Assembly: GCA_043825735.1 (NCBI GenBank)
Contig: JBDRRP010000040.1
Span: 62,001 to 126,000, forward strand
From: Pseudomonadota bacterium
GTDB taxonomy: Bacteria; Desulfobacterota; Desulfobacteria; Desulfobacterales; JBDRRP01
Direction: 5' to 3'
Length of the DNA stretch: 64,000 bases
Shown: positions 18,828 to 28,522 of the stretch, piece by piece
How the letters are laid out: each line of letters begins with the position of its first letter
How positions within the stretch are numbered: the stretch's first letter is position 1
Program-made: the position numbers and the translations under genes
The notes under the pieces: model-generated
What the model was told of the DNA's origin: nothing
Databases searched by the model: none
What the model saw: the letters and a program-made list of their open reading frames with translations, nothing else

Positions 18828-20273
18828 ATGATGAAACGGCACATTTTCCTGATTATGGCATTCATCGCCTGTGCACTCATTTTTCTGGCTGCCGGCGCAT
18901 GGTGGCGCGGCCCATCGCAGGAACCCGAGCGCGCCGGCAGTGGGTCTCTGGTGCCGGTCGCCGATGCGGCGGATGCGCCACTCTCTGCCGGGATGATCGA
19001 CCCGAAAAACGGGAAGAAGATCAAATACTGGGCAGCACCCATGGATCCGACCTATATCCGCAACGCGCCGGGCAAGTCGCCCATGGGGATGGATCTGGTG
19101 CCGGTTTATGAAGAGGCGGGCGGGGAGAAGGAGCCGGCATCCACCATCCGCATCGATCCGGTGACCGTCCAGAACATGGGTGTGCGTACCGATGTCGTGA
19201 CCCGTCGGCCGCTCAACCGGACCATTCGCACCTACGGTAATGTCACCTACGACGAAACGCGCATTTATTCGGTCAATACCAAGTTCGACGGATGGATCGA
19301 GCGCATTTACGTGAACTTCGAAGGCGAGCGGGTCAAAAAGGGTCAACCCCTGTTCGATATCTACAGCCCCGAGCTGGTGAGCGCCCAGGAGGAATATCTG
19401 CTGGCGCTCGGGCAGTCCGCCAGCCTCGGAGACAGCACCTATTCTCAGATTCGCGAGGGAGCGGCGCGGCTTCTTGCCGCATCCCGGACCCGGCTCAGCA
19501 ACTGGGATCTGACCCCCGGGCAGATTGACGCCATCGGGAAAAAGGGGCGTGTCAGAAAAAACCTCACCGTTTACTCTCCGGCATCCGGCGTGGTGACCGC
19601 CAAGAAGGCCATTGATGGCAGTTTTGTCAAAGCCGGGATGAATCAGTACGAGATCGCGGATCTGTCGCGAGTTTGGGTGGATGCCGAGGTTTACGAATAC
19701 GAACTGCCGTGGGTGCACCAGGGCATGCCGGCGTCGATGGCACTGTCCTACCTGCCGGGTCGTCAATTCGAGGGCCGGGTGCTTTTTATCTATCCGTACC
19801 TTACAGCCAAAACACGCACCGCGCGTCTCCGGCTTCAGTTTGACAATGCCGACGGTGATCTCAAGCCCGACATGTACGCCAATGTTACCCTGCTCTCGTC
19901 TTTGGGTGAAGACGGACTGGTGATCCCCCAGGAGGCGGTCATCGACAGCGGGGTGCGCAAAGTGGTGTTCATCGACAAAGGCAAAGGCCGTTTCGAGCCA
20001 CGGGAAATCAAAACCGGCGTTGAGGTCGGCGGCGACAGCACCCAGGTGATTTCCGGGCTTTCAGAGGGCGAGCGGATCGTGATCAGCGCCCAGTTCATGC
20101 TCGATTCGGAAAGTCGGCTCCGTGAGGCCATCCAGAAGATGCTCGATGTGCGGCAGAAAGACACTGCCTCTGGTGGTGACGCTGCAGACATGAGCGGCGT
20201 GACCATGGACACCACCGCCAAAGATCTGGATATGTCCAATATCGGCATGGATACGCCGCCGCCGTCCAAGTGA
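18828..20273 (+). CDS. cusB: CusB-type periplasmic adaptor
   Basis: YWAAPMDP...PGKSPMGMDLVP, GWIER, YSPELVSAQEEY, LKPDMY; Met-rich tail. Confidence 0.92.
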   Translation: MMKRHIFLIMAFIACALIFLAAGAWWRGPSQEPERAGSGSLVPVADAADAPLSAGMIDPKNGKKIKYWAAPMDPTYIRNAPGKSPMGMDLVPVYEEAGGEKEPASTIRIDPVTVQNMGVRTDVVTRRPLNRTIRTYGNVTYDETRIYSVNTKFDGWIERIYVNFEGERVKKGQPLFDIYSPELVSAQEEYLLALGQSASLGDSTYSQIREGAARLLAASRTRLSNWDLTPGQIDAIGKKGRVRKNLTVYSPASGVVTAKKAIDGSFVKAGMNQYEIADLSRVWVDAEVYEYELPWVHQGMPASMALSYLPGRQFEGRVLFIYPYLTAKTRTARLRLQFDNADGDLKPDMYANVTLLSSLGEDGLVIPQEAVIDSGVRKVVFIDKGKGRFEPREIKTGVEVGGDSTQVISGLSEGERIVISAQFMLDSESRLREAIQKMLDVRQKDTASGGDAADMSGVTMDTTAKDLDMSNIGMDTPPPSK

Positions 20274-20327
20274 GGTCGCCGCAGCTGATCGCCAGCACCA
20301 CCGTCTTGACTCGAATAGGTGAACCCT

Positions 20328-23300
20328 ATGATTGAGAAAATCATCGACCTGTCCATCCGAAACAAGTTTCTGGTCATTCTGATAACACTGTTTGTCATCG
20401 CCGGCGGCATCACGGCCATCGCCCGCATTCCTCTGGATGCCATCCCCGATTTGTCGGACGCGCAGGTGATCGTGTTTACCGAGTATCCCGGACAGGCCCC
20501 CCAGGTGGTGGAGGATCAGGTCACCTACCCCCTGACCACGGCCATGCTCTCGGTGCCGTTTGCCAAGGTGGTGCGCGGCTATTCCTTCTTCGGACTCTCC
20601 TTTGTCTACATCATCTTCGAGGACGGCACCGATCTCTACTGGGCCCGCAGCCGGGTGCTGGAATACCTTAATTACGTGTCCGGACGCTTGCCCAAGGGCG
20701 TGACGCCGTCTCTTGGACCGGACGCCACGGGTGTCGGATGGGTTTACGAGTACGCCCTGGAGAGTGATTCGCACGATCTGTCCCAACTGCGATCGATTCA
20801 GGACTGGTTTCTGCGCTACGAATTGGCCAGTGTGCCCGGGGTCTCCGAAGTGGCCTCCATCGGCGGTTACGTGAAGCAGTATCAGGTGGTGGTGGATCCC
20901 AATAAGCTGAGGGCTTACAATATCCCGATCCAGAAGATCAGGATGGCCATCCAGCGCAGCAACAACGACGTGGGCGGCCGGCTGGTGGAAATGGGCGAGA
21001 CGGAATTCATGATCCGGGGGCTGGGTTATATCAAGGGCATCGACGATCTTTATGCCGTTCCGCTGGGCGTCGGCGCCAACGGAACGCCGATCCTGCTGCG
21101 CAACGTCGCCACCATCAAGATCGGACCCGAGTTGCGGCGCGGCATCGCCGACATCAACGGCACCGGAGAAGTGGTGGGCGGGGTTGTGATAATGCGTTTC
21201 GGGGAAAACGCCCTGAAGGTCATCGAAAACGTAAAAACGCGCATCGCGGAACTCAAGCGCGGATTGCCCGAAGGGGTTCGGATCAAGACGGTGTATGACC
21301 GATCCAGTCTGATCCTGCGGGCCGTGAAGAATCTGAAGAACACGCTGTTGGAGGAAAGCGTCATCGTCGCGTTGGTGTGCATCGTGTTTCTCTTCCACTT
21401 TCGTAGCGCCCTGGTGGGAATATTCACTCTGCCGGTGGGGGTGTTCATCAGCTTCATCATCATGGAGCGGCAGGGTATCAACGCCAACATCATGAGCCTG
21501 GGCGGTATCGCCATCGCCGTGGGGGCCATGGTGGACGCGGCCATCGTCATGATCGAAAACGCCCACAAGCATATCGAGCACGACGGCGGTAAAAAACCCC
21601 ACTGGGAGATCATTCGTGATGCTGCCGTGGAAGTAGGACCCTCGCTTTTTTTCTCCCTGCTGATCATCGCCATCAGCTTTCTGCCGGTATTCACCCTGGA
21701 GGCCCAGGAAGGCCGCCTCTTCAGGCCCCTGGCCTACACCAAGACCTACGCCATGATGGGCTCGGCCCTTCTGGCGGTGACGATTGTCCCGGTGCTGATG
21801 GGCTACATGATCCGGGGCCATATCCGCCCGGAGAATAAAAATCCGGTCAACCGATTCCTTATCTGGGTCTATCATCCCATCATCAAGCTCGTTCTCAAGG
21901 CAAAGACCCTGGTGGTCGTTCTGGCAGTGGTGATCCTGGCATTGACCTATATTCCGCTGAGTCGGATGGGCTCCGAGTTCATGCCGCCGCTCAACGAGGG
22001 GGATCTGCTGTACATGCCCACGACGTTGCCGGGCATCTCCATCACCAAGGCTAAGGAACTGCTCCAGCAGACCGACCGCATTATCGCGTCCTTTCCCGAG
22101 GTTCAGAACGTTTTCGGTAAGATCGGGCGCGCCGAGACGGCCACCGACCCGGCACCACTCTCCATGATCGAGACGACCATCACGCTCAAGCCCGAATCCG
22201 AGTGGCGGGCGGGAATGACCATCGAAAAACTGATCGATGAGCTGGACAAATCGATTCAGTTCCCGGGGCTCACCAACGCGTGGACCATGCCCATCAAAAC
22301 CCGCATCGACATGCTCTCCACCGGCATCAAGACGCCCGTGGGGATCAAACTGATGGGGGAGGATCTGCAGGTGCTGAGCGACCTAGGGGAAGAGGTTGAG
22401 GCTGTCATGCGAAAAGTGCCGGGTACCTTAAGTGTCTATGCCGAGCGGGTGACCGGCGGCAACTTTCTCGATTACCATATCCGGCGCGACGAGGCCGCCC
22501 GTTACGGTCTCACCGTGGGCGATGTGCAGGACATCATCATGAGCGCCGTCGGCGGGATGAACGTCACCCAGACCGTCGAGGGGCTCGAGCGATACCCGGT
22601 CAACCTGCGCTATGGATCGGAGCTGCGCGACACGCCAGAAAAGCTCAGGCGCATCCTGGTGCCCACGCCGATGGGCGCCCAGGTACCCATTACCGAACTG
22701 GCCGATATCCGCATCGTCAAGGGGCCGCCGGTGGTCAAAAGCGAAAATGCCCGAAACAATGCCTGGATCTACGTGGACATCACCGGTGTTGATGTGGGCA
22801 CCTATGTCAAGCGGGCCAAGCAGGTGGTCGCCGAAAAGATCACACTGCCGGCCGGCTACAGCATGGTCTGGAGCGGCCAGTACGAGTACATGATCCGCGC
22901 CCAGAAACGGCTGGCACTGGTGGTCCCCATGACGCTGGTGATTATCTTTTTGCTGCTTTACTTGAACTTCAAGAGCATCGCCGAGAGCATCATCGTGATG
23001 CTCAGCGTGCCCTTTTCCCTCACCGGGGGATTCTGGCTGATGGACATCCTGGGCTACAACATGAGCGTGGCCGTGGGCGTGGGGTTCATCGCCCTGGCCG
23101 GCGTTGCGGCCGAGACGGGCGTGGTCATGCTGATCTACCTTGACATATCATACCGCAAATTCAGAGAGAAATACGGCGATGGGTTCAACCGCCGGCACCT
23201 GCGCGAGGCGATCGAAGAAGGCGCCGCCCTGCGGGTGCGTCCCAAGATGATGACCGTGGTGGCCATCATGGCCGGGCTCATGCCCATCATGTGGAGCCAC

Positions 23301-23432
23301 GGCACCGGTTCGGAAGTAATGAAACGCATCGCGGCCCCGATGGTCGGCGGCATGGTGAGCGCCACGGTGCTCACGCTCATCGTGGTGCCTGCGATTTACG
23401 GCCTGTGGAAAGGCTGGCGCCTGAAACCCTGA
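20328..23432 (+). CDS. cusA: CusA/SilA Cu(I)/Ag(I) RND permease
   Basis: DAIPDLSD, EFMPPLNEG, DPAPLSMIET, WTMPIKTRIDM (Met triad), RVRPKMMT. Confidence 0.96.
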   Translation: MIEKIIDLSIRNKFLVILITLFVIAGGITAIARIPLDAIPDLSDAQVIVFTEYPGQAPQVVEDQVTYPLTTAMLSVPFAKVVRGYSFFGLSFVYIIFEDGTDLYWARSRVLEYLNYVSGRLPKGVTPSLGPDATGVGWVYEYALESDSHDLSQLRSIQDWFLRYELASVPGVSEVASIGGYVKQYQVVVDPNKLRAYNIPIQKIRMAIQRSNNDVGGRLVEMGETEFMIRGLGYIKGIDDLYAVPLGVGANGTPILLRNVATIKIGPELRRGIADINGTGEVVGGVVIMRFGENALKVIENVKTRIAELKRGLPEGVRIKTVYDRSSLILRAVKNLKNTLLEESVIVALVCIVFLFHFRSALVGIFTLPVGVFISFIIMERQGINANIMSLGGIAIAVGAMVDAAIVMIENAHKHIEHDGGKKPHWEIIRDAAVEVGPSLFFSLLIIAISFLPVFTLEAQEGRLFRPLAYTKTYAMMGSALLAVTIVPVLMGYMIRGHIRPENKNPVNRFLIWVYHPIIKLVLKAKTLVVVLAVVILALTYIPLSRMGSEFMPPLNEGDLLYMPTTLPGISITKAKELLQQTDRIIASFPEVQNVFGKIGRAETATDPAPLSMIETTITLKPESEWRAGMTIEKLIDELDKSIQFPGLTNAWTMPIKTRIDMLSTGIKTPVGIKLMGEDLQVLSDLGEEVEAVMRKVPGTLSVYAERVTGGNFLDYHIRRDEAARYGLTVGDVQDIIMSAVGGMNVTQTVEGLERYPVNLRYGSELRDTPEKLRRILVPTPMGAQVPITELADIRIVKGPPVVKSENARNNAWIYVDITGVDVGTYVKRAKQVVAEKITLPAGYSMVWSGQYEYMIRAQKRLALVVPMTLVIIFLLLYLNFKSIAESIIVMLSVPFSLTGGFWLMDILGYNMSVAVGVGFIALAGVAAETGVVMLIYLDISYRKFREKYGDGFNRRHLREAIEEGAALRVRPKMMTVVAIMAGLMPIMWSHGTGSEVMKRIAAPMVGGMVSATVLTLIVVPAIYGLWKGWRLKP

Positions 23433-23524
23433 GCGCGCCATGCGGGCGCTTGCATTCACAAGCTGATGTAAAACGAGCATTCTGTCAAAACGTTCAGCAC
23501 ACTACTCAACATAAGGAGAAAACG

Positions 23525-23980
23525 ATGAAAAGACTGATTGCCACAACGGGTATTGCCCTGATGCTGCTCGCCTCACCGGCGGCCTTTGCGATGGAAAGCC
23601 ATTCGACGCACGGCACGGCCGGCGCAGATGAGATGCCGGCCACCGGCGCCTATGAGCACAAAATGGCGGTCGACGGCATCCGCACCGAGTTCCAGATTAT
23701 GAGCCTGGCCGACATGAAGATGAAAGATCCCAACGGCGCCACCCATCACGTGATGCTCAAGCTCTTCGACGAGAAGATGAATCATCCGGTCGACGGGATT
23801 CAGGGGAAGATCAAGGTTATCGCCCCCTCGGGGGCCGAGCAGGTGGCGCCGCTGACCGATTACAGTGGCACGTATGCGGCCAATTTTACATTTACCGAGA
23901 GCGGCAACTATGGCGTGATCTGCCTGTTCAAGAAGGGCGAGAAGAGCCGCGTGGCCAAATTCTGGTACCCGCATCATTAG
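23525..23980 (+). CDS. Exported Met/His-rich small protein
   Basis: AAGGAG + ATG 23525; signal peptide ending AFA; MESHSTH, MKMK, THHVM, YPHH. Confidence 0.8.
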   Translation: MKRLIATTGIALMLLASPAAFAMESHSTHGTAGADEMPATGAYEHKMAVDGIRTEFQIMSLADMKMKDPNGATHHVMLKLFDEKMNHPVDGIQGKIKVIAPSGAEQVAPLTDYSGTYAANFTFTESGNYGVICLFKKGEKSRVAKFWYPHH

Positions 23981-24225
23981 GCGGTGACCCGAGGGCTCCG
24001 GCCGCACGGCCGGCGTCGCCCGGGAAACGATAACCAAGGCAGGGCACCGGTCATGAAAACGGTTGCAAGGGCGTCGTCGATCCGCAATGATTGTCCAGCG
24101 GCCGGTGCGGATATCCTGGCCGCCGCCACCGGCGTCAGGGGCCATAACCGGCCGCCGGCGATGACGGTTTCTCCGGCACCCCGGTAATCCGGGTTGCCGC
24201 CCCGGAACTCGCGGAGACGACAACA

Positions 24226-25929
24226 GTGAAAATCATGCGCATCACCTCTCTGCAGCAACGCCTTATACTGCTGTTGCTGCTGCCCGTGAGCGCGATACTG
24301 GTGGTGGTCGGTCTTGCCGGGTTTCTCTATGCCCGACAGGTGATGCTGGCCCAGTGGCGGGAGGCGGCGCTGCTAAGGCTCGAGCGGGCCGCCCATGTCA
24401 TCGATATGCGGCTGGCCGCACCCATCGACCGGATTGAACTGTTCTCCGGCGCCGGCGATGCCCTGTCCCGGCAGCGGGTTCTGGATCAGCTCGCCGGTAT
24501 GCCCGGCATCAAGAAGGTGCAATTGGAATGGTTCGATGCGCAGACGCCGCCGGCGCCGCCAACCGGCATGATGCGCCATGGCACGCACCCCATGATGCGG
24601 TTTCAACGCACCCGGGTAATGCGCCTGGCGCCGCCGGTGTTGGATGCCGACGCCGGCAGTCGCAGCGTCACGCTCGAAGTTTCGCTGCTGGACCGGGATG
24701 ACGACCCGGTGGGGCAGCTGATGGTCAAAATCGATTTCGACTATCTGGTGGAAAACATTACCCACATCGGATGGCAGCAAAGCAGCATGGCCTGCGTGGT
24801 GGACAAGCGCGGCGTTTACCTGCTGCACACCGATGACGCCATGAAAACCCGAGCCCAGTTGGGGGAGACCGGAGACGTGCTGGAGCTCCGGCTTAAAGCG
24901 GCCATTGCCGCAACGGATTTTGGCACGGTGCTGGGGCCGGGAAGCCCCCCCAGCATGGTGGCCGGCTTCCATTCACTGTCCCGGGCCCCCTGGACGATCG
25001 CCATCTTTGCGCCCGGCAGCGCGGTTCTGGCGCCCATTGTGCGATTCAAATTCTATTATTTCACCGCTTCGCTGACACTGCTGCTGTTCGTCCTGTTCCT
25101 GATTCGTTCGTCGCTGGGACCGATGGTTGGTGCCATCCATCGATTGTCCGCCGCCGCCAGGGGCGTGGCCCAGGGCGATTACGGGCAACGCATCGAACGG
25201 CGCACCGATGATGAAATCGGCCAGTTGATCGACAGCTACAACACCATGGTGGACGGGTTGAGAGAGCGCGATCGCATCCGAAACACGTTCGGTCTCTATA
25301 TGGACGAAGACGTTGCCCGGGATCTGCTCGCTCAACCGGAGGCCGTGCAGCTCGGCGGCGATAAACGTGAGGTGGTCATTCTGATGTCGGATATCCGCGG
25401 GTTTACGCCATTGGCCGAATCCCTGAGCCCGGAAGCGACCATCCGCGTTCTCAACGATTATTTCCATCACATGATCCGGGTGATCAAGGACCACCGGGGG
25501 ATCATCATCGATTTTGTGGGTGACGCCATCCTCGTGTTTTTCGACCCGCTCCAGGACGCGGTGGCGGCAACGGCGCGCCGTGCACTGTCCTGCGGGCGGC
25601 AGATGCAATCCGAGATGACGCCGTTCAATGACCGGATGCGGACCGGGGGCCTGCCGGCATTGACCATGGGCATCGGTATTCATGCCGGGACCGTGGTCGT
25701 CGGCAACATCGGCAGCGAAAGCCGGATCAAGTACGGCATCGTCGGTTCTGCCGTCAACTTGACCCAACGTATTCAGGAGACGGCGCAGGGGGGAGAAATT
25801 GCCGTGTCCGATACCCTCTATCGGCATGTCCAGTCCGAGCAGAAAATCGATCGGACGGTCGATCTGTCCTTGAAAGGGGTTCAAGGTGCAACCCGGATTC
25901 ATTTGATTTCCGGCAATGATTTTACTTGA
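24226..25929 (+). CDS. Membrane class III adenylate/guanylate cyclase (2 TM, HAMP)
   Basis: DEIGQL HAMP, SDIRGFT, FVGDAIL, GIGIHAG, VGNIGS, GSAVN. Confidence 0.9.
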   Translation: MKIMRITSLQQRLILLLLLPVSAILVVVGLAGFLYARQVMLAQWREAALLRLERAAHVIDMRLAAPIDRIELFSGAGDALSRQRVLDQLAGMPGIKKVQLEWFDAQTPPAPPTGMMRHGTHPMMRFQRTRVMRLAPPVLDADAGSRSVTLEVSLLDRDDDPVGQLMVKIDFDYLVENITHIGWQQSSMACVVDKRGVYLLHTDDAMKTRAQLGETGDVLELRLKAAIAATDFGTVLGPGSPPSMVAGFHSLSRAPWTIAIFAPGSAVLAPIVRFKFYYFTASLTLLLFVLFLIRSSLGPMVGAIHRLSAAARGVAQGDYGQRIERRTDDEIGQLIDSYNTMVDGLRERDRIRNTFGLYMDEDVARDLLAQPEAVQLGGDKREVVILMSDIRGFTPLAESLSPEATIRVLNDYFHHMIRVIKDHRGIIIDFVGDAILVFFDPLQDAVAATARRALSCGRQMQSEMTPFNDRMRTGGLPALTMGIGIHAGTVVVGNIGSESRIKYGIVGSAVNLTQRIQETAQGGEIAVSDTLYRHVQSEQKIDRTVDLSLKGVQGATRIHLISGNDFT

Positions 25930-26000
25930 CCCGTCTACGGCTTTACACTTCATAGCGCCTGTCATGATCGTTGCCTTCAATATGGAAAGGAGATTCGGAC

Positions 26001-26492
26001 ATGACGACGTTTACGCCCAACCGGCGGGTGAGAGAAGGGCGGATCGTATTTAATGCACCGCCTGAAACGGTGTTCCCCCTGCTGTGCCCGGTGCGCGAGT
26101 ACGACTGGATCGACGTGTGGGACTGCCGGCTGATATACACGGCCAGCGGCGTTGCCGAGATCGACGGTGTGTTTATGACCGACTTTGCCCACCACGGCGG
26201 CGCGGAGACATGGGTGGTCAGCCGGTATGAGCCACCCCGGGCCATCGAATTCGTCCGTTTTTCTCCCGCAGAGAAAGTCGTGCGACTGGCAGTGGCGCTG
26301 GTGCCCTTGGGGCCGGGTCGGACCGAGGCCACTTGGAAAAAAGTCTTTACCGGGCTCAGCGATGCGGGCAACCGATTCATTGACACGGCAGCCGGGGACT
26401 TGTTTGATATGGAAGTGGCCCGCATTGAAACGCTGCTAAACCATTTTCTGGACACCGGCGCCATGCTCACCGGCATTGCTTTGCCGGGGTAG
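26001..26492 (+). CDS. SRPBCC/START-like protein
   Basis: APPETVFPLLCPVREYDW; AAGGAG before ATG 26001. Confidence 0.7.
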   Translation: MTTFTPNRRVREGRIVFNAPPETVFPLLCPVREYDWIDVWDCRLIYTASGVAEIDGVFMTDFAHHGGAETWVVSRYEPPRAIEFVRFSPAEKVVRLAVALVPLGPGRTEATWKKVFTGLSDAGNRFIDTAAGDLFDMEVARIETLLNHFLDTGAMLTGIALPG

Positions 26493-26494
26493 TT

Positions 26495-26719
26495 CAGACG
26501 ACAGATGACCCGCCTTCCGCCGTCGCTATGAATAGCTATGGCGGACAGGTCGCAAAAACCACGCTACGGCGGGCAAGCAGATGACAGAGGGCAGATGACG
26601 GCGGCGGGAAAAGTCAGAGAACCTGATCCTGCCCGCTGTCTTGGGTCATCGGATCGCCCGCCCTTGCGACTCAAGGCTTTTGCCTTTTCTGTCCTCCGTC
26701 CTCTGTCGTCTGTCCTCTG
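26495..26719. repeat. Heptamer-periodic palindrome with nested GC hairpins
   Basis: cagacga/cagatga/cagaggg units vs ctgtcct/ccgtcct/ctgtcgt; inner ccgccgtcgcta...tagctatggcgg. Confidence 0.75.
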
Positions 26720-26736
26720 CTTTTAAGGGAGACCCT

Positions 26737-27309
26737 GTGACCACCATTGGAAGACTGGCCAGGCGGTATCACCTTTCCCGCAGCACGCTGCTGTACTACG
26801 ACCGGATCGGTCTGTTGCAACCGTCGGGGAGGAGCCCTGCCAATTACCGCGTTTATACCAAAACCGATGAAGCGCGGTTGGGGCTGATCTGCCGATACCG
26901 GGCGGCCGGTATCGCTCTGGCGACCATTGGTGAAATGCTGGAAGCGGGCGATTGCGCTGTGGTCGGCGCGCTTCAGGATCGGCTCCATGTCCTGAACGAG
27001 GAAATTTCCCACCGGCGGGGGCAGCAGCACTTCATCGTATCCCTGCTCAAGCACAAAGCGGTGCTCGATTCGCCCGCAGTGATGACCAAGGCGCGCTGGA
27101 CCGCGCTTTTGCGCGCCGCCGGAATGAGTGACACGGACATGATGCGCTGGCACGCCGAGTTCGAACGGATGGCCCCCGATGCCCACGCGCATTTTTTACA
27201 ATCTTTGGGCATTCCGGCCGATGAGATCGCACTCATCCGCAGCGCCTCCCGGGAAGTCATGCTTTCGGAAGGCGCCGCGGCAGCGCCGGGCGTGCCATCC
27301 GGCGGATAG
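26737..27309 (+). CDS. MerR-family regulator
   Basis: TIGRLAR..LSRSTLLYYDRIGLL.PS.R..NYRVY; GGGAGA before GTG 26737. Confidence 0.9.
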   Translation: MTTIGRLARRYHLSRSTLLYYDRIGLLQPSGRSPANYRVYTKTDEARLGLICRYRAAGIALATIGEMLEAGDCAVVGALQDRLHVLNEEISHRRGQQHFIVSLLKHKAVLDSPAVMTKARWTALLRAAGMSDTDMMRWHAEFERMAPDAHAHFLQSLGIPADEIALIRSASREVMLSEGAAAAPGVPSGG

Positions 27310-27398
27310 CGGGGTCATTGATGGGCGACAATCGGAGCGTCAGGGGGGAATGAACCTATGCGCTGTGTACCCCCGGCCCCGTCACGCCTGCAGTGCCA

Positions 27399-27767
27399 TC
27401 AGAAAAATTTTTCCTCGAATTTAACACCCGCCGCTTTAAGCCGCGCATAGTCCATCTTGAGCCGTTCATTGGCGATGCGCTGAGTTGTTTTGGCGTTGAC
27501 CTCGATTTCGTTGATAGGACTGATGGCATAGACTTTGGTGACTTTTGTCCCGACGATTTCGCCCTTGGCCACCGGCGTGAACGCCGCCATCAACAGGTTC
27601 ATGTCCGATTCGTCTTGGATGTCATCGGTAGACTCCGACTGGACCACCTGCTTGACCATGCTCCGGAAAACCATAACGCGCAATTGAACCGGTTTGCCGG
27701 ATCTGGCGCGCGTTATAAATTCTTCCAGCCGCTCCGTTTTACGGTCATGGACTTCTCCGATTGTCAT
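27399..27767 (-). CDS. Hypothetical protein, 122 aa
   Basis: GGAGGA upstream, sigma54 motif upstream, protein-like composition. Confidence 0.7.
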   Translation of the reverse strand: MTIGEVHDRKTERLEEFITRARSGKPVQLRVMVFRSMVKQVVQSESTDDIQDESDMNLLMAAFTPVAKGEIVGTKVTKVYAISPINEIEVNAKTTQRIANERLKMDYARLKAAGVKFEEKFF

Positions 27768-27861
27768 GTCGTTTCCTCCCTATCTCGCGGGTTTGGGCCT
27801 TTCCCCCGCATACGGGGCCGGTGAGTCGCTCACCGGTTCGGGGGATCACCGATAGGTAAAA

Positions 27862-27877
27862 AGCACAAAACAGGCCA
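27862..27877 (-). promoter_or_regulatory. Sigma54-like promoter
   Basis: Minus strand TGGCCTGTTTTGTGCT, GG-N10-GC. Confidence 0.55.
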
Positions 27878-28119
27878 AAGCGTTCCCGTGGAGGGCCAGT
27901 CAATTCAGCAAGCATTGCGGGTTGTTATGCGTCTATGGTGAGCTGTGGAGAAGTTGCGCAGGCGTCAGCGATTTTTACACTCTGGAAAACCGAACCGTGA
28001 TTATAAAGGGCACTTCTGGCACTGCCCGTTGGCCAGTGGCCGCTCCGAATGGCGGGATTGGTTTCCGGCAAGTGGTATTGTATTTGTCAGAATAATGTTC
28101 CGTTTCATCCCGGGATCCT

Positions 28120-28183
28120 ATCGGGGTCGAGATCGATATCGATTGTATCTACGGCCGATACCGATAGCGATACCGATTTCGAT
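28120..28183. repeat. Hexamer-periodic palindrome
   Basis: atcggggtcgagatcgatatcg vs ccgataccgatagcgataccgatttcgat. Confidence 0.65.
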
Positions 28184-28233
28184 GGACACCCGGCGTCGTT
28201 GTTTTAATGGAACGTTTTTATGACACAATGGCT

Positions 28234-28446
28234 TTAACGGATTCTCAGGCGCATGAACGCGACCGTGAAGGGCCGGTGGGGGTATCGCTTTGTTTCGGTG
28301 AGTGTAACGCCGCGCTGTTCGTACCAGTGCCGCAGCTCGTGGTGTTCGGCGATGATGCCGAATTTTCCGGCCACCGGGGCGTTGGCGCGGCGGATGATTT
28401 CGGCCAGCACTTCGGCGTCATCCTTTTGGGCGATTCGAATCTGCAT
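28234..28446 (-). pseudogene. GNAT acetyltransferase remnant with internal deletion
   Basis: IRIAQKDDAEVLAEII start joined directly to GIIAE...WYEQRG end; 70 aa, acetyl-CoA motif absent. Confidence 0.6.
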
Positions 28447-28522
28447 GGCTTTTTGCCGAAGGCTGCGGTGCACAAATGTCTGATATCGTGATGACGGCAT
28501 TTCACCGGCCGGTTAGGACGGT

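Noticed and set aside
25926..25956. MerR-type 19-bp-spacer promoter
   Set aside because: TTGACC present but the -10 (CATAGC) and the dyad are weak
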